Shown here in pieces: positions 15,691-37,990 of a stretch of DNA of 64,000 nt. A model generated the notes under the pieces. The model was given only the letters and a program-made list of their open reading frames with translations, searched no databases and was not told the origin of the DNA. Positions within the stretch are counted from its first letter, which is position 1. The number at the start of each line of letters is the position of its first letter. The translations under genes and the position numbers were made by a program. Source of the DNA: the human T2T-CHM13v2.0 reference genome, Homo sapiens; NCBI RefSeq assembly GCF_009914755.1, contig NC_060933.1. One strand, given 5' to 3'.

Positions 15691-16236
15691 TTAATTAATT
15701 TTAAAAAGTTTAGCACGGCAAACCTCAATTTTTGTTCACTTGATGAAAGTCACAAGTTTATGCACAAGAAAACTGCCCTCTGTGAAATTCTACATGCAAG
15801 ACACCATACAAAATATGGTATGGAATGAGGAGGAGCAGTAGTTAGCACTTAGGAATGCTGCAGACTGCAGAGGTGATGATGCATGGTAGGAGGTTAGGTG
15901 GGAAGGTGACAAGCTAAGCATTCAACACATCCCATCCCTCCAATGTAACTGGAACCATATTTCCATCTGGTCAAGGGTCTTCGCACAACACAAAGGCAGG
16001 TGCCTCTCCAGTAGTCCAGCTGGAGACATCCTGGTCATCTCTCAGTTACTCTACAACCACAGGGGAAATACCAAGGGAGTGACACCTGAAGCCTATGGCT
16101 TTTGAACATCATCCTAGTGCATTTAGAGTTCTCAAATATGTAAATGTCATGATGTTAAAAACAGGATAGATGAGGCCTCAAAGTGTATGAAGAAAACTTG
16201 GAATTACAGTTTGTTTTTATTTTGAACTTCAGCTTA

Positions 16237-16389
<153 letters not shown>

Positions 16390-16483
16390 CTATGGAATAA
16401 AACAGTGCAGACATGAAATTCCCATCTTAATCTAAAGAACAGAAAGTATAAATGTCACATTTTGCTTCAGGTCCCCTTCATCA

Positions 16484-16830
<347 letters not shown>

Positions 16831-17016
16831 AAATCAGCTACGAACTCCATTTAAAGACCTGAAATATAAAATTCTTTTGTTTATATTCTAGGTACCTTGT
16901 CTAAGTCTCGCTCCAGTGCTTCCCTCCTAAATACATTTGCAAAGACATCTTATTTCTCAGTATCTACAACACACTAAACAGCATTTACTTTTTTTTTTTT
17001 TTTTTTTAGTTTTTAG

Positions 17017-17366
<350 letters not shown>

Positions 17367-17512
17367 CTCATTTTTCTTTTTAATTTACCACACAAGGTAA
17401 GGAAAATGAGGACAGAAGAATATAACAAGCAAACGTAAGGCAGTAAATAGAATTTATCTATCTGGAAGACATTGGCAGAGATATGAGAATAACTAAATTT
17501 GAAAGAGATAAG

Positions 17513-17965
17513 GGCCAGGTAAAATGGCTCTCATCTGTAATCCTACCACTTTGGGAGGCTGAGGCGAGAGGATCACTTGAGCCTAGCCGTTCAAGACCAA
17601 CCCAGGCAACATAGTGAGATCCTATCTTTATAAAAATTTAAAAATTAGACAAGCATGATGGTAGGAATGTTGTCTTCTTTTTTTAGAGACAGCGTCTTGC
17701 TTGCCCTGTCACCAGGCTGCACTGGAGTGCAATGGTGCAGTCATAGCTCACTGCAGCCTCCAATTCCTGAGCTTCAGTGATCCTCCCGCCTCAGTCTCCC
17801 CGAGTAGCTAGGACTACAGGCGCACACCACCACACCCAGCTAATTTTTTGTAGAGATGGGGTCTCACTATGTTGCCCAGGCTGGTCTGAAGCTCCCAGCC
17901 TCATGTGATCCTCCCACTTCAGCCTCCCAAATAGCCAGGATTACAGACATGAGCCACCAGGCCCA
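17513..17965. mobile_element. Alu left arm (+, 17513..17660) abutting AluJ (-, 17680..17965)
   Basis: Alu motifs on opposite strands. Confidence 0.85.
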
Positions 17966-17974
17966 GACAACAAA

Positions 17975-18072
17975 TATGCCAATTTTGTACAAAGAACTGG
18001 AGCATCCCTGGATTTTGGTACCAGAGGGGTGTCTTAGGACCGATCACCCATGATACTGGGGGACAATTGTAC
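17975..18072 (+). mobile_element. MER2 (Tigger family) terminal fragment
   Basis: gagcatccctggattttggta...gatactgggggacaattgta resembles the MER2 end. Confidence 0.65.
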
Positions 18073-18549
18073 TTAACCACTTAACAAACCTATGCTTATG
18101 AAACACTGACCTTCCTCTACTATAAAATAAAGCTCAGGAGGTGTGAGGGGTAATAAAAGCTATTTGTAAGCAGAAGCCCCAGAGTTAGCAAAAGAAATAG
18201 ATATACCTTTCTAATTATCTGGTTTTTCAGCAGATGGGATCAAATCTATGATACTCACCTAGATATTCCCTGAATATTTTTTCCCAAGTCTTTGAAATCT
18301 ATAAAAACTAACAATCTTCCTTCAACTCATCCCAAAGCAAGAGTACATAATCCCAAACAAGTCACTAAGCAACAAATTCAAATTTAAAATCAGCCCTCCT
18401 CCCCCTCCACCCTACATTAAGAGACTTACATATATACTTGCTCTCCTTACATGAACTCTGAGAATCATCACCACCAACTCTATCCACTCTATACACAGCA
18501 CGGCTCCTGCTAGCCCACAGGCCCTGCCAGATCCAGTGTATAGGATGGT

Positions 18550-18782
18550 CTGGACAACATGGCAAAACCCTGTCTCTACAAAAAATACAAAAAAATTCAC
18601 CAGGCATGGTGGCATGCACCTGTAATCCCAGCTACTCAGGAGGCTGAGGCAGGAGGATCACTCGAGCCCAAGAGACGGAGTATGTTATAGTAAGCCAAGA
18701 TCACACCACTGCACTCCAGTCTGGGTGACAGAGCGAGACCCTGTCTCAAAAAATAAATAAATAAATAATAATAAAAAATAAA
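18550..18782 (+). mobile_element. 5-prime truncated AluJ with (AAAT)n tail
   Basis: Alu motifs. Confidence 0.88.
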
Positions 18783-18844
18783 AGATCTCTAAGCGTTTAG
18801 ATTCAGTTTCACTTTCTCAAAGAAAAGTTATTAATGCCTACAGT

Positions 18845-19165
18845 TGTACTGTCTAAAACAGTAGCCAGTAGGAGCTAGCCACATGTGGCTACTGAGCACT
18901 TAAAATATGGCTAGCTCAAAAACTGAGATGTGCTGCTGGTATAAAATGCATGCTAGATTTCAAAGACATATGGAAAAAAAATGATATAAAATATCTTATT
19001 AAATTTTTTCTAATGATTATATATTAAAATAATAGTATTTGGGGCATATTGGGTTAAATAAAATATCACTAAAAAACTAAAACAGGTAAAATTCGTTTAG
19101 TATAAGTATTAGAAAATTTAACATTACCTTATGTGGCTTGCATTACACTTCTCCCGCACAGAGCT
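18845..19165. mobile_element. MER33-like hAT-Charlie DNA transposon
   Basis: tagccacatgtggctactgagcacttaaaatatggctag hallmark. Confidence 0.7.
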
Positions 19166-19401
19166 AGTCTAGGGGATGAGATGTCCGTGACAACAGACTG
19201 AGGATGGAATACTGACGCACCAGAGAGATAGGCAGGTTCTGCCATGGAGACTAACCATCAACTCACACTGACTTTTAGTGACCTGAGGCTTAAGGTTTTG
19301 CTGTTTTGAAATTTCCATGAATGAAATCCCACTGTGAATATAATCCTATCTAGTTGATGAGTCAATAAAAGGACTTTATTAGTTTACAACAGGAAACTTT
19401 A

Positions 19402-19515
<114 letters not shown>

Positions 19516-20129
19516 CTAGAAAAAAACACAGATACGACGTGGTACAATATTTCAGGCAACAACAGAGTAAAATTAATATATGCTGGGTATTTACATTTGT
19601 TCCAAAGCAAACAAAAATGTTCCAGACTATTTATCTCTAGCCATATTACGTTCTTTCCTTAAATCTACTCCTGAGTATTCCCAGTAAATTTCCTTTCTCA
19701 TGTTTTTGCTTCTATTTTCTTTGCTCTATTCTTAGGTCTCTAAGAGAGCTACCTCACGCTATCAGAGAATGGTGCAAATGAAGCCATGATTGCTGACTTA
19801 TCTGATCTTACCTGTCCAGAGAAAAATCTTTCCCCTGTAATCCCAGTGACCTTCCATTATACATATGTCTCATGTTACATTTATCTCTATTATTAAGAAT
19901 TACCACAGAATTTTAAGTAAAATTTTAGGATGTTGGCTATAAACACAAATCCTTCCTCTATTTGCATGCTGAGAGATGTCCGGTCTCATTTACAATTGAT
20001 CAGACTGGCCCCGGGTTTGTGGAAATCAAGTACACTGAGACAACGTAACTTAGAGGAAGGCTATCATTATAAAATGTTGTCCCACTTAGTTATTATTAAA
20101 ACCATATTATAATATAAAAAACAATTTTC

Positions 20130-22483
<2,354 letters not shown>

Positions 22484-23458
22484 TGATTCCATATATGTGT
22501 ATACAGCGTATCTTCCATTATATTATTTTTTTAGATTTTGTTTTTGAATTTTCAATATGGAATCACATACTAATATATTTTTCTAGGCACAAGTCTTACT
22601 GCAACAAATCCTGTCGATTCTTACATAATCCTAATTATTTCAGTATACTAAAAGTGCAAATTACCTTTATTCCTACAGGCAAAACTAGGGAGGGAAAGAA
22701 TATCCCAAATCCATATGGTGGAATCTAATCCTTAACTGTGCTGCCTTTCCTCTATCATTCATTTCCCCTTCACAAAGCTCCCTCCACTTCAGTCAAGATC
22801 ATTTCCTCAAGCACACTCCTGTCTCAGCATCTCAATCATCTCTTCAAGCACACTCCTGTCTCTGCATCTTGGCTCACACAAATACCCTTCTTAAAATCCA
22901 CTCTTCCTTGATCTGCCATTCCTTCAAGGTTTATCTCAAGTGCCACATCAAAAGCACTTAATCCAGTTCTGGGCACACACTGCGAGCATGCTACAGTAGA
23001 AACAAAGGATTTGAAGTTAAGCTTCAGTTTCAAACCAAGCTCTGCAATTTACTACACGACCACTGGGAACTGACTCAGCCTTGCTGAGTCTTGTTTCCTC
23101 ATCTGCAAAGCAGGCAAAATAATTCATACTGCAGGCTTCTTAGAAACAGTAAAAGAAAAAAAAACAAATATTAAATGAAAATAACTGGAAACTGCCAAAG
23201 ACAGTTATCAGCAGACAATAAGATTTAATATGCATTAATACCTTTTTCTCTACAAAGCCTTATTTGACTACCCAAACCAAGTGATCATTCTGTCCTAACT
23301 CACAAGTAATGAATCACATCTATCTTGAAAAAGTACATGACCAACCTCTCAGATTGTTCAGGGTACTACCCCTATTCAATGTGATCTTTCAAAAGATTTC
23401 ATTGTATGTTGCTTACCTGTTTATTTAAGCCTATTTACTGCTGTGAATAGCATTTCTA

Positions 23459-23734
<276 letters not shown>

Positions 23735-23837
23735 TCATTCACCAATACACAGATACCAAAGCATCATGAGCAGGACTTCCAGGCTTAACTGTCCTAAGTC
23801 TCTAACATTCAGGATGTCCTTTCAATCTTTCCTTAGC

Positions 23838-24148
23838 TTTTATTTATTTTATTTTATTTTTGAGATGGAGTTTCACTCTTCTTGCCCAGGCTGGAGTGCA
23901 ATGGCACGATCTCGGCTCGGTGCAACCCTGCGACTTCCACCTCCTGGGTTCAAGTGATTCTCCTGCCTCAGCCTCCCAAGTAGCTGAGATCATAGGCACG
24001 TCACCACGCCTGGCTAATTTTGTATTTTAGTAGAGATAGGGTTTCACCATGTTAGTCAGACTGGTCTCAAACTCCTGATCTCAAGTGATCCACCTGCCTC
24101 AGCCTCCCAAAGTTCTGGGATTACAGGCATGAGCCATGGCACCAGGCC
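23838..24148 (-). mobile_element. AluS, about 200 nt upstream of the exon 10 acceptor
   Basis: Canonical dimer; TSD tttccttagctttta. Confidence 0.93.
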
Positions 24149-24300
24149 TCAATGTTTCCTTAGCTTTTAGACCCACTTTCCCCACAACCTCCCTTTCATT
24201 CTACTCTGCCTGGTTTCTCTGTTCACATGTCCTGAGTCACCTGCCTTATTCAGCACCAAAGAAAATGGTTCTGGGAGACTGGGATATTCAACATCTGGGA

Positions 24301-24485
24301 CAGGGTTCTCAAAGTGTGGTCCACAAACCAGCAGCATCAGAACTTTTTGGAAACCTGTTAGAAATGAAAAATTGGGGGCCCAAACCTAGATCTACTGAAA
24401 AAGGAACACGACTAGGGCCCAGCAATCTGTACCTTAACAAACCCTGCAGGTGATACTGATGCATGCTACAGTTTGAGAATCACTA
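24301..24485. mobile_element. MER5A hAT MITE
   Basis: Terminal inverted repeats cagggttctcaaagtgt / acagtttgagaatcact. Confidence 0.85.
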
Positions 24486-25234
24486 ATCTAAGGAAGTGAA
24501 GAAATCAGAAAGAATGCAGGAAATGAAGAAGGTGAATCATTATCCTCAAGTTGGTTATCTACTGAAGATCTTTTAAAGATAGAATTCCTGAGCAAAGTTC
24601 CAACTATGCAAGGAACTATAGCCCACAGCTTTACTTGTTGTGCAGTGAGAGGTGGCCTCCTCATTCTTCTGTTGACTAAGCAGGCTGTACCATACACCTT
24701 AATCAAGAATCCTTTACACAATCCTAATGTTTTCCACAAGAGAAAATATGTTCACGTATTATCTAAATTGTTCCTCTTAATAATATACGCTGGAGATGTT
24801 GACATTCACAAATTTAACAGTCCTCATTTCAACTATTCCAGAGTGAAGCCAAAAGGTGAAGGCAAGCAGAAGCTAGTCATTTACTTTCCTGAGGCCCCAA
24901 AATGACACATCCTACAAACCTAACACAAAAGGGTCAATTAGGTAAAGTCAAATGTGCAACATCCTCAACTCACAGCAACTTTATGTGCTGTGTATGAGAA
25001 AGATGGTCATAAAGAGAAAGTCAGTTGCCACTGACAGCCACAAAGTCATGGTGCCTAGGAAAGTGGTCTTTAACCAGAAAAAAATAAGAGATCTTTTGAA
25101 TAAATTAAAAAGTAGACTATTAAACCAGTAGTGGGTTGAATCTTAAGTATTAACCAGTTTGTCCCACACTCCAAATAAAGTATCTGTGAAACTTCTTGGC
25201 AAATGCCTCAGTCCACTCAAACATTTCTCAGCAA

Positions 25235-25532
25235 GGCCAGCACGCTGGCTCATGCCTGTAATCCCAGCACTTTGGGAGGCCAAGGCAGGCAGATTACTTG
25301 AGGCCAAGAGTTCAAGACCAGCCTGGCCAACAAGGCAAAACCCCGTCTCTACTAAAAAATACAAAAATTAGCTGGGCATGGTTGCACAAAACTGTAGTCC
25401 CAGCTACTCAGGAGCCTGAGGCACAGGAATCACTTGAGCCCAGGAGGCAGACGTTGCAATGAGCCAAGATCATACCACTACCCTCCAGCCTGGGCAAAAG
25501 AGCAAGACTGTCTCAAAAAAAAAAAAAAAAAA
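25235..25532 (+). mobile_element. AluS
   Basis: Canonical dimer; TSD atttctcagcaag. Confidence 0.93.
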
Positions 25533-25776
25533 ATTTCTCAGCAAGTAAGACAAAATTTCAAACGTTTAGAGACACAAATATAATAATTTACAGTATAAGC
25601 ATATAAACAGGAAATCTGGGTCACTAAACTGAAATGTGATTCGGGAGAAATTAAGTAGCTTTTAAATTACTCTTTTATACATTCATCAGTGGCTTGAAGG
25701 GACTGCTAAATATTTTCAATTATATGGTAACTTATAATTGATATTATATTGATATATTGGTATTATATTGATATTA

Positions 25777-26140
<364 letters not shown>

Positions 26141-27141
26141 TCATAGAGGTATCTGGACAGATCCTTAATGATTCACAAATGTCTATTGGGCCTGGGAAAA
26201 CGTCTTATTGGCCACTATGAAAACACTTTCCCAATGTACTCACACAGGTTTCCTAAGAGCAACAAATGAGAGGAGCTGTTTTGGGGACAAGGTAGAGGTA
26301 CTGGCTCAGTCCCAGCCTCCCTCAAGAGACATGGGGCCAGAAACACAGGAGCTGCCTTAGCTGGGCTGTACTCCGGCCTTACACCTCTACAGCCCCTGAA
26401 CTGAGCTCCTTCCTTGGAGATTCACTGCCTCAGCCTATCACTAACTCCCCTACTCACTCAAGAGGGATCCCTCAGCAGAAACCAATGCCCTACAGTTTAG
26501 ACTGGTCTGCCTTCACCTTCCTGGGTAAAGGTTAATCTCTATCACCTACTACCTACCAAGAGAACAACCCTGATTAAAAACAACTTAGTTTAGCCTACTG
26601 GGTTTCTCCCAAGTAAGCGAAGGGATAAGTGCAACTGAGAACCATTTCAGTGCCATCTCCTAATGAGGGTCCTGAGGCACAGGAATCAACAGGCTTGAGA
26701 CAAGTCAGGAGAAAGCAGAAAATGAGCTCCCGACTAACAACTGCCGAAGACAAGAATCAGTATGTATAACATCATTATTTTCTTTAGAGCTCCACTAAGA
26801 TGATCCTAATCTGTCTAATTTACCCACCAGCTTACGAGGCACATCCAGCAGAAGTCAAGGGACTACATGGGCCATATAAAACCACACCAAGTTGGAAGAA
26901 AGGACATCTGGACTTATTCTTAACTGTATCTTCTCCACTAGGAGTATCTACATGAATCCCCTACAAGGTCAACTGCCCTCCTGCTGACAGAATCCACTGA
27001 GTACTGAGAGATGCAGGAAACCATTATCATTATTTCATGCCGACCCCTACTATTTCCAATCCCATCCCCACCTATCTGCTGAAAAAGAATCAGACCTTCT
27101 ATGAATCACCAAAGTCTAAGCAACTTCAAAAAGCCTTCCTT

Positions 27142-27713
<572 letters not shown>

Positions 27714-27720
27714 CCTTCCT

Positions 27721-28205
27721 AAATGGAACATTAATTGGCAATAAAAAAGAACAAACTTGATACCTACAACATCTTGGATGAGCTTCAAGAGAATTATGCT
27801 AAGCAACAAAAAGCCAATCTCAAAAGGCTGCATGCTCCATGACTGGATTTACGTATTATTCTCAAAATGATTTTATAGCTATGGAGAACTGATCAGTGGT
27901 TGCTAAGAGTTAGGGAAATATTGAAGGAAAGGGTAGAGGATGGGTGTGGCTGTTAAGGGGTGGCATGAGGAAGCCTGCAATGTAACAGTTATGTACTGAG
28001 TGTGTTGATAGCTGACATGAAGCTACATAGAGGATGAAATCTGAAGGTCAGTGTATTATAGCAATGCCAATTTCCTGGTTTTATTGTACTATAGTTATGC
28101 AAGATGACAACACTGGAGGGGATGGGGTGAAGAGTATATGGGTCTTCCCTGTATATGTCTTTGCAACTCCCTGTGAATCTATAATTATTACTTCAAAATT
28201 TCAAA
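27721..28205 (+). mobile_element. Old L1M (MD/ME-type) 3-prime end
   Basis: atggagaactgatcagtggttgcta, tgtactatagttatgcaagatg, ttgcaactccctgtgaatctataattat. Confidence 0.7.
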
Positions 28206-28479
28206 CAAAAGACAAACCTTTCTTCTACTACCTGATCTGGGGCTGCTCAGATTGTGTGCCTTTGATACAGTTGCAGAGAGAATGCTGCTACTATTCAAAA
28301 CCGGTACAAAAGGGCTCTGCATTGACTTCCAGTACAGAAGAATGACCCAAAGAAAAGGAGCCCTCTGGATGTGAGGGCTGAGGCTGAGCCCTAGAGGACA
28401 ACATTTGGAAGGTCTATCATCCTATGAAAGGCTCTATCCACTTGCCTAGATCCCAGGTGGCTCCTTCCTAAAATCCCAT

Positions 28480-29720
28480 ACCTGATACATGTTGGTTCCT
28501 CCTTTTTCCCATTCTCCTTTTAAAATGTATTATATCCAAAGAGCCAGAGGACAGAAGACCTCACTTCTTACTTCAAAGATGTATGGCCCCTAATTTCCCG
28601 CCTTCCCCGCTCCACTGAACTCACAGTATTTATATCCATATCCATTCTGACCTGCTTTCCCCAGCTGTTCCATTCGTGCCATGGATTCATCTCATGCTTC
28701 ATCCTCAGAGAAATGCACTAAGAATTATCTCTCTCCTAATATTTACAACCCCTTCCACTCTACCAGTTCTTTCCCTGGAGCATACAAACAAGGCTTCTCC
28801 ATCTTAAAAAATTAAACAAAACTGCTCTATACCTCCTTCCCAGCTACGTTCCATAGGCAAACTTGGGAAAGAGCAGTCTATACCTGCTTTCTCTAGTTCC
28901 TCGTTCCCAATAATTTCTCATCACACTGCAATCTAATGGGCTTCTGCTACACCAATTAAATGAACTGCTCTTGCAGCTGCTAAACCCAATTTCACTCTTA
29001 GAAAATTTCTGCAGCAATTTGACATTGCTGACCACTACTACTGTCTCAAAACGTTCTCTTTCCTTGGTTTTCCTCTTACCTTTCTCATAGCCCATTCTCA
29101 TTTTCCTTTGTGAACCTATTGTTTTTTGCTCACCCTTAAAGGCTTAAGATATCCACAGGGCGCACCTCCAGACATCCTCTCTGTACCTTACATACATTCT
29201 TTATGCTGATGCTTCTCAAAACTCAAGATCCAACCCAGACCTCTCATCTGATTCCTGGACTTACACAGCAACTGCCCATTTTTTAACTTCACCCCATCTC
29301 TCCTGAACCGCATACCTACATAGTCAACAGCCTACTGGATGCCTCTACTTACAACAGTCACCTCAAACTCAACAGGTAAACAGGGGAATTAGTTTCCCTA
29401 CCAAATCTGCTCTTCTATTTCCTGTCTTGGTGAATCCACCATCACTCACTAATTTCCAAAGCTAGAAACATAAGTCATGCTAGATTTCTTCCTCCTATAT
29501 CCAATTAATCACCAACTAACCCCCTTAAGACCTTATAAATCTGTCCCTCCTGTTCACCTCCACTGAAACTGTCTACAGTTCAGGGCTTTGTCACTTCTCA
29601 TCTGGTTTACTCTAGAAGCTTTTAATTTGTCTCAAAGGTTTACATCTTGTATACCTTCAATCTTTTCTCCACAAAGCAGCTGAAAAGCCTGTTCTAGAAT
29701 GAAATATGATGATTCTACTT
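28480..29720 (+). mobile_element. L2 LINE remnant
   Basis: gcagcaatttgacattgctgaccact, cacctcaaactcaaca and ctagaaac motifs typical of L2. Confidence 0.6.
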
Positions 29721-29883
29721 CTCTACTTATATCCTTAATCAAAATAATAAACATATCTATCACTCCTAAAAATTTCCTTGCACCTATATGTATGTCCTCC
29801 CTAGAGCTCCACCCCAATCCACAGGCAACCATTAATCTTACTGTCACTACAGATTAGTCTGCATTTCCTAGAACTTTAAATAA

Positions 29884-30675
<792 letters not shown>

Positions 30676-30947
30676 TTTTATTCTAAATCAAGTTCAAGTA
30701 ATGTCCTAGGCAGGTTTTATATAAAAGAATAAAGTAGAGGCAAAGGAAAAAAATCAACTTAAATCTCAACTTATAAGCCTAAAACTGGCAGAATATTTCC
30801 TGACTTATGACTGTCTTGAGGTTAATAAAAGGCAGGTCATACAATGTGTCATCAAGTTGTTAGGTGGATAACACAGCTCTGCTGAACATCCCCCACAAAA
30901 ACTGAAAACCCTTCTTCCAGAAGCCAAATTACACAGAGATCCTATAA

Positions 30948-31738
30948 AACAGAAGTTGGCAAATTTTTCTGTAAAGGACTAGAGAGTAAGTATTTTAGGC
31001 TCTGCAGAACATATAATCTCTGCCACAGCTACTCAATTCTGTTTGTCCTTGAAGCCCCAAAACAGCCAGAGAAAATATGTCAATGAGTAGACATAGGTAT
31101 GTTCCACTAAAACTTCATTTACCAAAGTGTTGGGAAAAGGGCTTGTGGGGTGCCTGTATAAACTGGCCACAAAAATATGGGACAATAAGTTGTGGAAAGC
31201 CATGAGAGGCCTCTGAGTAGAAAAGTCTCCGAATTGCCATCATGTTCCCATACTCAGAGCAAGACCTGCTCTCTTATCTGTAAACACTGTGTTCAAGGAG
31301 AAAGACACTCCCTTGAAACACTGGAATGTGGACAGATGTGCAGGCTCCTAGTTAAGCCCGCTCCCACTAGCTACTCTCCAACAAGTTAAAGATATGCTGT
31401 TTGAGCACAAAGGAGATTGATTTAAACCGCTATTGCTATAGATTACACCTATGATGTACTGCCTCCCTTTCAGTGTTTTCACCCTGAACATCTGCTTTTT
31501 AGATCTAAGTGATTACACTCAATAAACAGTGTGGAGACCAGAGCTCAGCGCCTTTTGCAGCCTCCATTATGCAACTGGCCCCGACTCCCACCTTCATGAA
31601 CTCTTAACCTGTACCTGTCTCTTCTCATTCCTTTGTCGCCACCGAACTTCAGGTACCCTACGGGTGGTGTTGAGGCTGGTCCCCAACACAAAAGGAGGTG
31701 GCTGAATTTGGCCCTGGGCCATAGTTCACCTATCCTTC
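30948..31738 (+). mobile_element. MER58A-like hAT element split by the ERVK LTR
   Basis: gttggcaaatttttctgtaaagg...ttttaggctctgcag; resumes gaatttggccctgggccatagtt. Confidence 0.72.
31128..31688 (+). mobile_element. ERVK-class solo LTR, LTR14-like, 561 bp, antisense to TMEM245
   Basis: TGTTGGG...CCCAACA inverted termini; 6-bp TSD ccaaag/caaaag; AATAAA at 31521; subfamily name from recalled consensus. Confidence 0.8.
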
Positions 31739-32410
31739 CTCAAAAATAATACAATATGGGAATATGTCAATAATTATAAAACTGGGCATGGTGGTGTACA
31801 CCTGTAGTCTCAGCTACTCCAGAGGCTAAAGCAGGAGAACTGCTTGAGCCCAGGAGTTCAAGATCAGCCTGGACAACATGGTGAGACCTCATTTCTTAAA
31901 AATAAATAAATAACATAAATTTAAAAATTATATAGAAAGTTGAGGAGTTACAGTTTCCATGTTATAGTGGAAACTTTCCTTCAGTTGATCAGAAGCAGTG
32001 GTTATAAATGACTCTGCCACTGCGGAATTATTATCTCAAGTTCCTTAACCTTTGATCTTGTTTCCTCATGTGTAAAATGGGGATAATTTCTTCAATCTAT
32101 CTCACACAGTCACTGTGAGGAACAAATGACATAAGACAGATGAAGTGCTTTGTAAATTATAAACATGCTGTAAACCTCAATTATAAAACAAAGTATCATT
32201 TACCATGAATTGTACCTAAAATCCTGAGCACTTTCCTCCCACCCTCTGTATTACATGACATTCTTCTTCAAAAATGACAATATTTATCAAAGCTCTGGCA
32301 AACCCTATCTTTTATCTTCCAATGCAGCTGCATCAATGAAGGTCATTTCGTGCAAACAGATGCTGAAACTAGGCCATTCATCTCTCTTCTTTTTCAAAAC
32401 AATATTCTTA

Positions 32411-32524
<114 letters not shown>

Positions 32525-32900
32525 TCAGTAAAAAATAAACCCAATTTAACATTTATTTTTCTACTCTATTATTGGAACAATGCTTTGAGAGCCAAATAAA
32601 TACACATCTTTGCTTTAATTAATTTAGAAACATGCAGCGCAAAGTTACTATACATTATATCTAATGATACGCACTACGGGAAATAAAAAGTACATGCTAG
32701 CTCCCTGTTCAACACATTACTTAAGAAAAAAATACATAAATAGATATGTTCAAATACTTGACACGTATATGTACATACATTTCATTTGCATGAATATATC
32801 GTATAAATGTGTTTGTGTATCTATGTAAGCAATATCAGCACTTTGTGAGCTAACAGGTTCATCACGCAGTGTGAGACAAACAGGCAAATAAGGAACTAAC

Positions 32901-33205
32901 TTTTTTTTTTTGTTTTTTTGTTTTTTTTTTTAGCCAGGTTCTCGCTCTGTCACCCAGGCTTGCTGGTGTGTAGTGGCGCAATCTCAGCTCGATATAACCT
33001 CCACCCCCCACGTTCAAGCGATTCTCGTGCCTCAGTCTCCTGAGTAGCTGGGATTACAGGCACTCACAACCACGCCTGTCTAATTTTGTATTTTTAGTAG
33101 AAAAAAGGTTTTGCCATGTTGGCCAGGCTGGTCTTGAACTCCTGACCTCAAGGGATCTATCCACCTTGGCCTCCCAAAGTGCTAGGATTACAGGTGTGAG
33201 CCACT
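32901..33205 (-). mobile_element. AluS
   Basis: Canonical dimer. Confidence 0.9.
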
Positions 33206-34229
33206 GTAAGTAAACTGCAACTAAGTAAGGTTTCTGAGTAAAAAAAGCCAACAGAAGCTGCACCTCTGAATTTACCTTGCCCAATAACCAACAAATTGAG
33301 GGAGATAAAATGGGAATTAATCAGTTGAAAAAAAATTTTTTCACCCAGGACATCCAAACAAGGAAAGAAACATAATCTGATACAATTTGGAACTCAGCCA
33401 TCAGGTAAAGAAACAAAACATTCTGGAGCACAACAGAGAGGCGTAACAGCTCACTCCTAAACTGACCCCATCACCCAGGAGCTACACAGGTGAGCTGACA
33501 AATATATTACGATTCACGAGTAACAGGGAGAAAAGAAGCCACATCGTTATCCTTTTCTGATGACAGAGGGAAAGAAAGTGTAATGAGGGAGAAAAGGATA
33601 AATCAGAGGAAAGAGATCAAAGTCCCCCACCCACACCCACCCCTCATCTCTGTCCCTTTCTGCAGTGAAAGTTCCATAGTATGCCAGGAATTGAGTGAGA
33701 CAGTACAAAGACTGACGGTATTTTTCCATGGGCATGGGTATGAGATTAACCAAGTAGCAAAATCACTAGGGCAAGTCACATACCAACCCAGAACAGAACA
33801 GAGTCTAGATACCCTAACAAAGATACATAGCCACCTAAGCTATCAAGTGATACCACTTCCAATTCTATCAGGCCCCAGAAAAGTAGGAAGAACACAAAAT
33901 ACAAACTGCACCAAGACGGGGAAAACAAACTGATTTCAGACACAATGAGGGGATAATCAACTCAGGTGCAATGCCTGAAAAACAGCCAGAATGAATAAGG
34001 CCTGACACGTTCTTGTGAGGACTTAGGCTAGCATTTTGTGGGATATGGAAAAAGAGAGGGCTGTAAGCTAAGGGACATAATCTTACTTAGATGTTTAAAG
34101 TAAGTTTGGACGCTGTGTTGAAAACAGACTAAATGAGGCTAAGGAACAATTCAAGAGAGAACGGGGATAGCTTTGAGCAGGACAGTAGCGGTACTGAGAA
34201 AGAAGTGACTGGATTTGAGACCTATCTTA

Positions 34230-37990
<3,761 letters not shown>

